DNA of 64,000 nt, taken from the NCBI RefSeq assembly GCF_000143415.4, contig NW_003314338.1, forward strand, positions 299,791 through 363,790, read 5' to 3'. Each line of letters opens with the position of its first letter. Positions within the stretch are counted from its first letter, which is position 1. Under the pieces are notes generated by a model. The model saw only the letters and a program-made list of their open reading frames with translations. It was not told the origin of the DNA and ran no database searches. Below are positions 23,338-35,343 of the stretch, one piece after another. The translations under genes were made by a program, and so were the position numbers. This stretch comes from Selaginella moellendorffii. Taxonomy: Eukaryota > Plantae > Lycopodiophyta.

Positions 23338-25005
23338 TGTGAGACACAAAATCCCTAGGCCCCAAAGTGGAGCCGGAAGGGCGCCACATGGTAGTGGCCG
23401 AAGCAAGAGCCAAACGAGCGTAACACGTTTGGACCAAAAGCTCCGACTTGAAAAGTCAAGAGCGGGAGTGGAACTCCCAACGAAGTGCTCGAGGAATGAG
23501 CACGAAGCGAGCAAAAGGCAAGGCTCCAAAAAGGGACCCGAGATGGACCCGAGATGGAGTCCGAGATGGAGTCCGAGATGGAGTCCGAGGTGGACCTGAG
23601 ATGGACCCAAGTTGGAGTCCAAAGTGGAGTCCGAGATGGATCCGAGATGGAGTCTGAGATGGAGTCCGAGATGGAGTCCGAGGTGGACCCGAGATGGACC
23701 CGAGTTGGAGTCCAAAGTGGAGTCCGAGATGGACCCGAGATGGAGTCCGAGATGGAGTCCGAGATGGAGTCCGAGGTGGACCCGAGATGGACCCAAAATG
23801 GAGTCCGAGATGGAGTCCGAGATGGACCCGAGATGGAGTCCGAGATGGAGTCCGAGATGGAGTCCGAGGTGGACCCGAGATGGACCGAGACCGAGGCCGA
23901 GGCCAAGACTGAGCCCGAGCCCGAGTCTGAGTCCAAATCCGAGTCCGAGTCCGAATCCGAATCTGAGTCCGAGTCCGAGTCCGAGTCTGAGTTCGAGTCC
24001 GGAGCCTGAGAGGGTGAAAGCCCAAAGTGTTTGTCTCTCAGACCCTGGGGGGTTTGGTGAGCTCCAAAAGTATAGTAGGGGGAGGACTGCAGTGGAGCCA
24101 GTTTGGCCAGGAAAGGCCAGTTTGGCCCAGGAAGGCCAGACCCAGTGTTGGGTGATGAACTGACCACTGGGAAGTCCAAGACTAGAGTGAATACGGACCG
24201 ACAAGCGGGGTAGCTTGGTGAAGTGTTCAAGAGCCGGCTCTAGTTCCCCCGGGAGATCGACTGGCCGATGCTCCCAGTCCAAGTGTGGGTGGCACTACCT
24301 ACTTGGATACCAGGCGTGGCTCAACAGAACCTCGCTCTAAGCCCATGGCTAGAGCACCTAAAGGCGATAGGTGGGGAGAGTACCCAGGTGGCTCGCGTAA
24401 GGCCACGGTGTTCCGAAATGTCGTCCCAAAGGCCCAGACTGTGGAAAGGAAGAGGAGCAGTCCTCTGGGGTAGTGACCAAGGACACAGTCGTGTGGTGAG
24501 GAAGTCCCAGAGGACCGTGGGACTTAGTGGTCGGGCCTGTGGGCCTCGATCCAGTGGCAGTATTGGCAAACACGGCCAGGGGCAGAAAGGGACTTGGTAG
24601 GAATTGACAAAGGGACTTTGGGGAAGGCGATTCCCCAGGTCTGTGGGCATCCTAAGGATGCTAAGGAGTGGATCTAGGATGACCCCTCGTAGACAGATGG
24701 CCCAGTCTTGGAGAGACGGGATGGTGATGCAAGTGGTATTGGACTATTTGCGCAGCAAAGGTGAATGGGCATGGCCTTAGCATAATGGGCCGAGATGTCA
24801 GTGGTACCTTTGGGTGTCGGTCATGGGATCGGACACGTGGAGCACTTGGACCAAGTGCAAAGGTTGAGTGGCATGGATGCCATTCTCGGGGCTAGCAAGC
24901 CCCAAGTCCTGAATGGGACTTATGGAGGTTGTGAATGCGACTCCTCCAAGTGGTCGGAGGTGTGGTTAAGTGACTAAAGTAGAATGGAAAAATTAGTCGC
25001 TTACA
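23338..25005 (+). repeat. 3' LTR of element 2 (1668 bp)
   Basis: Direct repeat of 17625-19285, followed by the TSD. Confidence 0.95.
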
Positions 25006-26689
25006 TTAGGGGCCTTGGGTGGGAGTGACTATGAACTCAGGTGGTGTCAAAGAGGCCACCCAAGGAAGTGGTCAAGAGCAGGTCCCACTCCCAAAAGGGA
25101 AACCGACTGTGGTGCTCTTGATTCATGTGGAGTGGTGTCCCACTTGAGTATTATGTGGCTCATTGGTCCTTGCTCCTTCCTAAAGGCTTTGGCCTTCCCT
25201 TTGGGATGGAAGTAGGGGAGTAAGGGTACCCATACTGGGCTATTAGACCATGGTGTTTCCCCTCAGAGTCCTGAAGTAAGAGATGCATCAAAGGCTTGAG
25301 ATTTAGAGGGTCCCATGATCAAGTCTTGTTGTTCCAAAAGATGTTAAGAACCTAAAGGCTTGATGTGCTTGGCTGCTTGTGTTTGTGGGGACTGTAGCTA
25401 AACTTTAAGTCCAGTCTAACTTAAGGAAGAGAATTGGTAGAAAATTTAGGAACTAAGTCTTCATTTCTCATGTCGTGAGTAGCTAAAACCAAGTAAAACC
25501 AAGTAGTAATTGGTGCAATAGGTGAAAACCTTAGCAAGGGAACTTAACTAAGGCCAAAGTAAATGGTGGTTGAATATACAAGGTGAGTTGACAAATTGGA
25601 AAGGAAAAAATTATGGTTTATTTCTTTCACTATCATCACACTTCCATTTGAGGTCATCATTACATCATATCACAAACATATATATGCACTAGCAGCAAAA
25701 AACAACATCTCATTTGAACATACTATTTTTGAGATATTATTGTGACTATTTGCTGATAACATACTACCTTTTCGAGAGTGACTTGCTTCTAGCTAGTTGA
25801 ACCTGTCCACTCAAGGCATCTAGATGGATCCTTGGGTAAGGCCATAGAAGCTGAAGCCACTTACTTTTGCTCTAGCACTTTGTGGACACAAGCCACCTTT
25901 GTTTACTGACAATCTAATGACTAGACCGTCCTTTGCAATTTTCTTCAATCAAACATATTAGACCATAAGCTTGACACTTTCAAATATGGCCACCTCCTCA
26001 GTGTGCCACCACCATCTTAGCACTCCACCATATCACCCCATTTTTCATCATTTATTTACCACTCTTAGGCAATGCATCCCCTCTTTTACCTTTCTTTCTG
26101 AATTTCAGCCAATCCTTGGAGCATACCCAAGTCATTATAAGGTTGCATTTGTATATTACACTTTCCTTAGCTAAAATCTAGATAAGGGCTAAATTCTTTA
26201 AGCACTAACTCATTTTATTCTATTTTTATTCTCTTTCCACACTTTTTTTCACATTTTCTTTCACATTAGGGTCCAATTTGATTATAGGGTTTCCCCTTTA
26301 AACTTCACACCTACCTCTTCTCTTTCTTTTTCCACTTTCTTTTCCAGAGTTTCGACAATTCAAGTAGTTACCAGCACTTCTATACCTCTATTGCTGATAT
26401 GAAGTGCTGGTAACTACTCACGTATTTGGAGCCAACACAATCCATTGTGGTGTATGTTAGGATTTGGCCACACTTAGCCTCTTAGAGAGTGTGAGAGAGA
26501 GGGAGAATATTCTGATTCTTAGAATATTCCCCATCCTCCTTGTATAAAACCCTTTCCCCGCAAGGGCAAAGGGGTATTTGTGGAAAGCATTGGAGCATTT
26601 TTTTGTGTTTGAGTCTTAATTAGACTGTTGAGAGGGTATAACTCTCCACCTTAGTTCATATGTGATCATGTTAGCAATGTAGCGAATAG

Positions 26690-27869
26690 ACTTATGGTCT
26701 CCTGATACTAATACGAGTGGTGATATACTTGACCACCAATAAGAGTTGGACTAAAGAACAACTCTAATACCAAGTTGTAAGTGATTAATTTTTCCATTAT
26801 ACTCTAGCCACTTAACCACACCTTTGACCACTTAGAGGAGTCTCACTCACGAACTCCATAAGTCTTATTGCTAACTTGAGGACATGCTAGCCCCATAAAT
26901 GGCATTTATGCCACTCAACTTTTGCACTTGATTCAAGTGCTCCCCGTGTTCAATCTCATGACCAACACCTAAATATACCACTAACATATTAGTCTTTTAC
27001 ACTAAGGCCATGCTCATCACTCCATCTGAGGTCCATCTCAAACTCTATCTTGGACTCCATATTAAACTCTCCTTCTTGGACTCTATATAGCCTTCCCCTA
27101 GTCACATTGGCCTTTCCTAACCAAACTAACTCTACTGGAGTTCTCCCTCATACTATACTTTTGAAGCTCACCAAACCCCCTAGGGTCTAGGAGACAATCA
27201 CTTTGGGCTGTCATAGACTCAGACTCAGATTTGGACTCTATCTCGGTCTTAGTTTGGGTCAGGGTTTGAGTCTCAATCTCGATCTCGATCTCAAACTCAA
27301 CCTTGGACTCTATCTCAGTCTTAGTCTGGGTTTGGGTCTGTGTCTCGATCTCGGTCTTGATCTCAAACTTGACCTCAGACTCTATCTCAGTCTCAGTTTA
27401 GGTCTAGGTCTAGGTCTTGATCTTAGTCTTGATCTCAAACTCGATCTCGATCTCGGTCTCGATCTCAAACTCGACCTTGGACTCTATCTCAGGTCCATCT
27501 CAGACTCCATTTCAGGTCCATCTCAAACTCCATCTTAGACTCCATCTCGGGTCCATCTCAAGTCCATCTCAGGTCTATCTCAAACTCCATCTCGAATTCC
27601 TTTTTGGACTCTTGCTCAAAACTCCACCATGGACTACTTCTCAGGTCCCATCTCAAACTTGTTCCTGACACTTCTATATGTTATGACACTTGTGCCCTTT
27701 TTTCATTCTTATTCCTCAAGCACTTTGTTCGAAGTTCCACTCCGACTCTCAACTTTCCAAATTAGAGCTTTTAGTCCAAACATGTTACATTTGTTAGACT
27801 TCCACTTTGACCACTACTATGTGGCACATTTTTTACTCCACTTTAGGGCTTAGGGATTTGTGTCTCACA
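26690..27869 (-). mobile_element. Old family A 5' LTR (26776-27869, internally deleted) with PBS and the start of the internal region
   Basis: Reverse complement of LTR termini (TGTAAG at 26776, TCTCACA ending 27869); ACTCTAATACCA at 26761-26772 is a degenerate PBS on the minus strand. Confidence 0.8.
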
Positions 27870-29299
27870 TCTAACTTCCATCACGAGTTCAAGCAACTTT
27901 ATTGAGAATGGATGGATGCACCAACTAAAAAGGAGCACAAGGCAAAGGCAAATGAGATGTATATATGGTGGTGTGAAGGAGATAAAGTGCCAATTGAATG
28001 CCTTCCACAAATGGAATGCTAGCTTGCATAGTGGGAAGTTCAAATGTTTCAGTAAGGCAAATATATTCTCCATATAAGATTTCTCTTATTTTCTTTCTTG
28101 TCATATTTTAATGTTGCATTTTTCCTAGGATCAACCACTTGATGATATTGCACTTACACCAACAATTAATCTCTCTGAGAAAAAACATTAGAGTTGAAAA
28201 GCTTCTAAAGCAAGGAAAGGAAAAGTGTCCCTCTATGAAGCTATACTCTTTGACCTCACTAGATCTCTTGAGCAGTCATCAAAACCTTTGGCTGCATAGG
28301 AAACAAGATTTGTTATTACAAGTTTGAACTTAGATAGGCTTCAAGAGTGGGTTAGTAGAAGGACAACACTAAAAGCAAGGTTAATGTCTAAGATGGTGCA
28401 GGAAGTTGTTGCTAGAACTCTTATGAAATCAAGTTATGAACCATTTAGGGATATGAGGACAGCCCATATGAAGTGTTGACAGATATTTGATGGGCCCAAC
28501 ATCACTTCTTTCAACTCTCATTGTCCAGTGTTTGACTACCATTTTATTCCAAAACACCGGAGAAGAACTAAGGAACATGAAGTGGAGGAGATGTCATAAG
28601 TAAATCTAGTGCCAGAGGTTGAGAAGGTTATTATTCGTGAACCAATTTCTCGTATCAACTAGACAATTTGAAGAGTCAGTGCCAAGAGCAATGTGCATTA
28701 CTCTGGAATGATTGGGAATTGAGGTTAGTGTCTCGCAGTTATATGCTCAAGTTCGAGTTCTTCAGAAGTGCCATATTTCTAGGGCTGTTGAGATCTAGGT
28801 GTAAATGGTCGCCAGTCAAGTCGGATTTACTATTATGGAATTGATGTTACTCATACAAGCCAAACCCATAGCTCAACTATTTCAAATCCAAATTCCATAC
28901 TAGAGGAGTGGCTAGTTAAGTGAAATTGCAATTTTTTGAAAGAGGAGATTTAAAGTTTGGAGAGAGTAGGTCAAGCTAAAGACTTCCTTAAATCTTGCTT
29001 CTGATACTACTATGCCACCAATGTCAACATTAGACTGGTAAACATGACCAGCTACAAATGGGAAGGCTATACAATATAGGTCTGCCATTTTGAAAGGTGC
29101 ATAAGAAAAGATCAAGTTAGCAAAGGAGTTGAAGTACATTAAAGCTAATGCACAAGTTGTCCTTGAGCTCCATCTTGTTCCACACACTGTTGTGTTGATG
29201 AGTAATGATCAAAAGCCACTTTCTCTAACAGAATGGTCTTTCTTGTCATCCTCACACTATAAATATTGCAACTTCTTAATATCTAACTTACAATCTTTA

Positions 29300-29972
29300 G
29301 AGGATTGGCCATTCTTTTTACTCTACTGCTTATGCTTTAGTTGTGGACAATCAGTTTTATAGTGTCCAAGTTTGCTGCAATGATGATAACCTTATCTATA
29401 ATGCTTCACAAAAAGCTTCTACTTCTTTGTATCCAAAATAGTCACTAAAGACTTCAGCTTGTGATGCTTGTTCCCATCCTTGTCCATGGAAATCATCACT
29501 ATAATTCTCTTCAGAAGGACTCAAACACTATCAAGAGTTGTGTTTGTTACTGTTAAGTTGATGAGCCACATCAAAGAGCTCCTCTAAACTCTTTGTAGGC
29601 TAAGAATGATGCAATGTTGCTGCATGCTCTCACTATGAAGGTTATCAATGAAGTAGGACTTGTTCTAATCTAGATCCTTGGTTGAAACACAACTAATCAA
29701 GCAAGTAAGCTTCTCAATATAGTCCTTGAGCATCATTTTCCCTTGCTAGAAATATTAAAGTTTTGTGCAAGCATTCTCTATGTCATAGTGAGGGAAAAAA
29801 CATAAATGAAAAATAGCCTCAAACTCATCTATAGTAAATAGTGGTGGTTTCTTATTCATAACACAAAACTTCTCAAGCCAATTCCACCACCGAAGACTTA
29901 CATCACACAAAACCATTGGAATAGCTATCAAAGCCTCTATATCTGGAGTTCCTTTAGTAGCCAAAAACTTCT
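29300..29972 (-). pseudogene. Decayed gag fragment of family C
   Basis: KFLATKGTPDIEALIAIPMVL..WWNWLE..HYDIENACTKL matches the gag at 43632-44534. Confidence 0.85.
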
Positions 29973-31043
29973 GCTCCAAAGCTAAGACTAAGTTCAAGTC
30001 TAAGTTGGAGTTTGAGTCCAAGTCAAAGTCAGAGTTAGAGTCTAAGTCTGGGGTGAAAGCCCAAAGAGATCATCTCCCAAACCCTGAGGGGCTAGGTGAG
30101 TCCCTATAGGATAGTAAGGGGAGGACTTTAGTAAAATTAATTTGGCTTGAAAAGGCCAGTAATACCAAGGAAGGCTACACCCATGTGTTGAGTGTTGATA
30201 TAATCACTAAAGAGTCTAAGGCTAGAGTGAATATGGATGGATAAGTGGGGTAACTTAGCAAAGTGTTTAAGAGAAGCTCTAGCTCCCTCAAGAGATAGGA
30301 TGATCGATGCTCCCAATTGAAGTGTGGGTGGCACTACCGACTTAGATACCTTTTGTGGATCATTAGAACCTTGCTTTAGCCACATGGCTAGGGCACCCTT
30401 GTGGCGGAAGATGGAGGAGTACCCACAAGGCTCATATTGGGTTGTGGTGTTTCAAAATGTCATCCTAAAGTCCCAAACTATGGAAAGAAAGAAGAGTGGT
30501 CTTCTTGCTTAGTGACCAAATGTATGGTTGTATAGTGAGGAAGTTCCAGAGGTTAGTGGCTTAGTGGATGGGCCTTCGGGCCCTAGACCAATGGTGGTGT
30601 TTGCAAACACTACCATGGACAAAGAGGGACTTGGTGGGGACCAAAATAGGGATATCAGGGATGGTGTTCCCCATGTCTTGAGGCATACTAATAATGCTAA
30701 TGTGTGGTCATAGGATTACCACTCATAAATGGATAGCACAGTTTTAAAGAGATAGGACCATATTGCAGGTGGTCTTAGACTACCAATGAGATAGAGGTAA
30801 ATAGATATAGCCTAAGCATAACAGGCTGAGATGTTGTTGGTACCTTTGGATATTGAAAGTGAGACTAGATATGTGGAGCACTATGATTAAGTGTGAAGTT
30901 GATGTAGTCTTGAGATCACATTTGGGTGTAAGCAAGTACCTGAGGGTGAATGAGGACTTATAAAGGTTGTGAGTGAGACTTCTCTAAGAGGTCATAAGCA
31001 TAGTTAAGTGACTAAAGCAGAATGGAAAATTTAGTCACTTACA
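29973..31043 (+). mobile_element. 5'-truncated old family A LTR
   Basis: Hexamer array, GGGTGAAAGCCCAAAG motif, ends GGAAAATTTAGTCACTTACA. Confidence 0.8.
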
Positions 31044-31519
31044 TACACTCTTTTATTGTCTTGGAGTTTCCATCATTCCCATGATCCCAACTGTAGTTAT
31101 TTACCATAACCACATATCCAATTTACTAAGTCAAACACTTTTATGAATCACATTCTTAACTCTCTGAGAAAAACTTTGTATTGTTCCCAAGATCCCAAAT
31201 TTGTTCCTTATTGGCCCTAGATTTGTAAAGTCCAAAAGCTGGATGACTCAAATGGAGTCAAGGAATGGTCCTAATAGCATATTGCAAGCTTTGCTATGGC
31301 AGCTATGACAAAACATAGCAGCCGGGACTGGGCCAGGACAGTAAAAGTTTTATGCCTGGATGTTGTGAAGATTAGGCAAGAAACTTTGATTACCTTGAGG
31401 AGAGCTTTTCGTAGAGAACCAGTTCCAGAGTTTCAAAGAGCTCTCTCCATGCTCTCCAATCTAGTTGCAAAGCAAGCTCAGTCTATCAAATGTAATGAAA
31501 GTTAAGCGCTCATCTTACT

Positions 31520-33590
31520 TTGCTGTCACTTGTTTGAGGCTGACTGATGCAATGTTTTTACTTCTTTTGGGATAATAGCTTCAAATAGATAAGAAAGGCT
31601 TACCTTCAAAAGAGCAATGAATTGAGGAGATTTCTTGAAGCAAGCATGAACAAACTGAAAACATATTTGTTGGATCTGATTGAAGACATGAGTCAGCTTA
31701 TGAGTAAAATAATCTTGCTTACCTCAATTGAAATGCCTTATTTGGAAACATGGCATCGATTCTGAAGAAGACCATAGGTAAAAGAACACAGAGTAGTGCT
31801 AAACATACAAAGGGCAGCAGATTAAATGCAAAGGTTTGGAACTTACAATCGCTCACGTCTTGCAGTGCAACGTTAAAATAGACTTGCAAAAGCTGCGGGA
31901 TAATTCAGAGCATGTGTAAGCTTGTTGGATTGTCGAGACTCTGGTGCTGCTTCCAACATAGCCTTCATTCCAGGATACGACCAATGACGTTTCTGCAAGA
32001 TGGACCTTTTTAACCTCAAAGCAATATAGTCACTTCCTGTTACTGCTAAACCTTCATTTTCATCTTTCAAGAGGTCCGAAAACAAATCATCTGCTTCGTA
32101 ATGTGAGCTTCTTCCAGAGCCTTCTTTGCCAGAATCGTCGTCCCCATCAATGAAAGTTCCTGTGTAAGCTTCGTCCATCAGTGCCAGAAGTGCCTGAAAA
32201 AAGATGCCTCAAGATAAACAAATCGCAAACCATAATGAGCATGTATATCACCTCAGGTTCCAGGTTCGAATGTTCCCCATGTGTTCCATGCAAAGATCCA
32301 GTGTTTTTTTCTAGACTCTTACCAAAGCTGCATAAAAGCTTCACATGCTTCAACTTCAGAAATCGAGTAATAGCTCAGAGATACTCTCTCAGCAGATCCA
32401 GAAGAGCCAAGAACAGCTGCAAAAATGACGGCTGCAAAACTCATAAACTTAGCCATCATCTTCTTGAAGCCAATTGTCATTTATGCTTGACGGTGCAGTG
32501 CTTGCCTTTGATTTGAAGCATTAGAGAGCTTCAAGAAATTAACCTCCAATGCGTGTGACTGTAATACATTCCAGCATGTCAGTAATCTAGAGAAGAAAAA
32601 AAGAGAACACAGATGTTTGCCGGGGAGTTAAAAACATCAAACATAGAAAAATCACTTCTTCATTCACTGCCACTTGCCTCACTATTCTCAACACTGAGAA
32701 CTTGCCAGTGGATGGATGGACTCACTGAGGTTAAGCACTGCAAGGCCAGTGACTCTAGAATGAGATCCACCCTGTTGTTGCTGAGCCATTGCACATGAAA
32801 ATGCATCCAAAAGTTTGGCTACAAACAATATGTGAAAGATTGCTACCTAAACTTAAGAGTGCCATACCTTCGTTTGGCATGAAGAAGTACTGGAAGAAAT
32901 CAGCTTGACTGAGGAAGACCATTGTCTTCCTCAATCTGCAGCGAGCTTGACAGTGTGTAGTAAGCTGCTTCCGGTAGAGGTAGCGCCGAGTTTGGTGCAT
33001 AGCAACGGAGATAGATTCAAGCAACCTCTTCGACTGCAGTATCTCTTGACCAAGCTGAATAGCAAAGTTGATCCGTTAGTAGCAAAGTGCAAGCAAGGAA
33101 GTCTGGATTACCATGTCAACGTAGGCTATGACTTGGAGCTGCCTGTTCTGCTCCACAGAAATCTGAGCTATCAGATATACAGGTAGGAGATGAGAATGAA
33201 GTAAACGTAGACTGGCTTACCTTGTTTGGTGCAGAGAGGACACCTCTTTCAGAGATCCAGTGAACTGCTTTCACGGACTTGGGAACTACAAGTTTATTGT
33301 ACAGGTGCTCCGGCTGAATGATAGAATGCTTTCAAGTCGATCTGGGTGGAAATCCTGAGCATCTGGCAGCCTTCGGCCAGTACTATTGTGATCAGATGGT
33401 TTGTTCGCAGCATTCCACGAGTGCCATGGGAAGCCAGGTCTCTTCATGGCATTTCTGAGTACAAACTGGACAGTAAAGGAAAGAGTGACAAGCACAAGGT
33501 ACATAACGTTATCTTCGACTCACCCCCAAAAGGCAAAGTTGAGATGACTGTCTTGGATCTTGTTGCAGCTATGCACATGAACTACTGAAT
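31520..33590 (-). pseudogene. AP5Z1: Disabled, intron-containing partial gene resembling AP-5 complex subunit zeta
   Basis: GT-AG exons encode LLALMDEAYTG, DLFSDLLKDENEGLA|KRHWSYPGM, YFNVALQDVSD, RIDAMFPNKAFQLE|IQQICFQFVHACFKKSPQFIALLK, matching remembered plant AP5Z motifs; frameshifts and stops present (e.g. 1-bp deletion near 33330 relative to the paralogous copy). Confidence 0.75.
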
Positions 33591-35343
33591 CACATAGAAG
33601 AAGAAAAGACAGCAGTCAGGCCAATAAAAATGAATAATCACAATGAAACGAATGCAGCAAAACTCAGATGTCCTTCGCATTGAACGAACACTCTCACAAA
33701 ATGGAGTAAGTTTCCCAGCTTTAAAACTTGGAATATCATAGAGAGGATGTTTACTCACCTGGAAGATAAAAATTCTGTTGCTTCTAAGTTCTGGTCACGC
33801 TATCATCCCAGTACACTACCCTTCCAAAAAAAAAAAACAGAAAAAGAAATTTCACTATCTTATAGAGGGAACAATTTCTTAGAACTCACTTTGCTACTGG
33901 CTAGACCTTTGTATGGTTTTTCATTCTTTATAGTAAAGTTAAGCTTCTATTGACAATCAACTCTTTGCTCAAATGCATCAACAGTGTCAGAATTGAACAG
34001 GAACCAGCACATTACAGTGGGACTAAATGTGCACTCAATTTTAAATGCAAAACAAAAGACAGTTACATATTGAAGCCAACTTGCTTGCTGTGATTTTGCT
34101 ACATTATGTGAATTAAAAACTGTGCACTATTAAGTGCCAATTCGACCACTAACAGGAAGAGAGCATCTCTAGGCCACCGAGCTTGGCATGGAGACAGGCA
34201 GTCAATTTTGTAATTGTCAATAAATGAAATCATCCATTTCATCTACTTCTGGAATCACGTGCTGCTATTCTTTACCCCTGTTAAAGCTTACATAGCCATC
34301 ATCAAACAAAGCTGATGTATGTTAGGTGAATGGGTATTTATGACTGCATTATTTGATAAATGGATTTACAGTGAAATTCGTTTTTTCTTACAAGTTCCTT
34401 GTAATTGTGATACAAATCATATGTAACTTTTTTAACAGCATGCAAAAGCTTAGAAAGGAATTCACATACCTTAGGTGTAAAGATTGAGTATGTAAACCTG
34501 AGTTTCTTCGTGCCATGGTATATTTTGAGCTTACTACAGATCTTGAAATTGAAAATCTTCAAGCGTATACCATCAACATGCAAAGAGAACACAGGATAAT
34601 TCTAATCTTGCATAGTTCGTTGGCTGGCAGTCCTATGATTTCTTGTGCAGCCTCTTGATATCTTTGTGTGTGTGTGTGCTTCCATACTCCACTATTCAAG
34701 AAGCATGCATCCAATACAATTAATGACCTGCATAATCATTTATGTTTATTCTGGTTTGTAAATAAGAAAACGCATTTACTGTTTCCCATTCGTCTCAAGG
34801 AAAGCATAGTCCAGGAATCTTACAAATGAATTCAGATGGATACCCCACAAATCTATTAAACCTGAAACTTGGCCTCAAGTGTTTCACTGTTGTCCGTGGC
34901 AGTGGTCAGGGCACCAGGCTTTGTATCTATGTTCATCACACACAACACATTTGAATTTTCTTTGGCTTTTCGGATCCCATCTTCTGTGCACTTCATGGTC
35001 GCTAACGCTAGGGTTGCTGGGTGCTAGGATATTTAAAAAATCGTCTATTGAGAACCATTCTCCAACTGCAATAGTTTGTGTATATATTGATCAAACCGTT
35101 GGCTGTTACTTCTACCTTGATATGTAGGGCTTGGCTGAATTGGAAACAAATAAAAAAGTGTTGATCACAAGTCATTGTCAAAGTTTACATAGAAAGAAAG
35201 AGATGCAACTTGTTATCTCTTGCAGTAACTACTTTTGCCATATCATGTCACACCCGGGTCTATTACTAAACCCGAACTACCTTTGAGAAAACAAAATGAC
35301 ACCTTAAATACTGACTAACTCGCTCTTGAGAGCTTAAAGCCAG

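Larger units (their letters stand above)
17625..25005 (+). mobile_element. Complete non-autonomous LTR retrotransposon (family A), element 2
   Basis: LTRs 17625-19285 and 23338-25005, TSD TTAGG (17620-17624 and 25006-25010), PBS TGGTATCGGAGC 19289-19300, PPT-like 23326-23336, non-coding 4-kb internal region. Confidence 0.95.
17183..25622 (+). mobile_element. Second family B solo LTR (about 1.05 kb) interrupted by family A element 2
   Basis: Starts TGTAAGGAAC; homologous to the reverse complement of the 7802-15743 flanks; 3' end and TSD are degraded, so the end is approximate. Confidence 0.8.

Noticed and set aside
7802-25622. One large inverted-repeat (DIRS- or foldback-like) element
   Set aside because: The left arm has its own TSD (CATCT) and interrupts a continuous pol, so the arms are two independent solo LTRs.
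26503-26530. Paired GAATATTC motifs as heat-shock elements (also about 4744, 45204 and 45484)
   Set aside because: Each gives only two nGAAn units in register; the second octamer is out of the 5-bp phase needed for a canonical HSE.
27900-29200. Possible host gene or transposase remnant
   Set aside because: Riddled with stops and no motif I can recognise.
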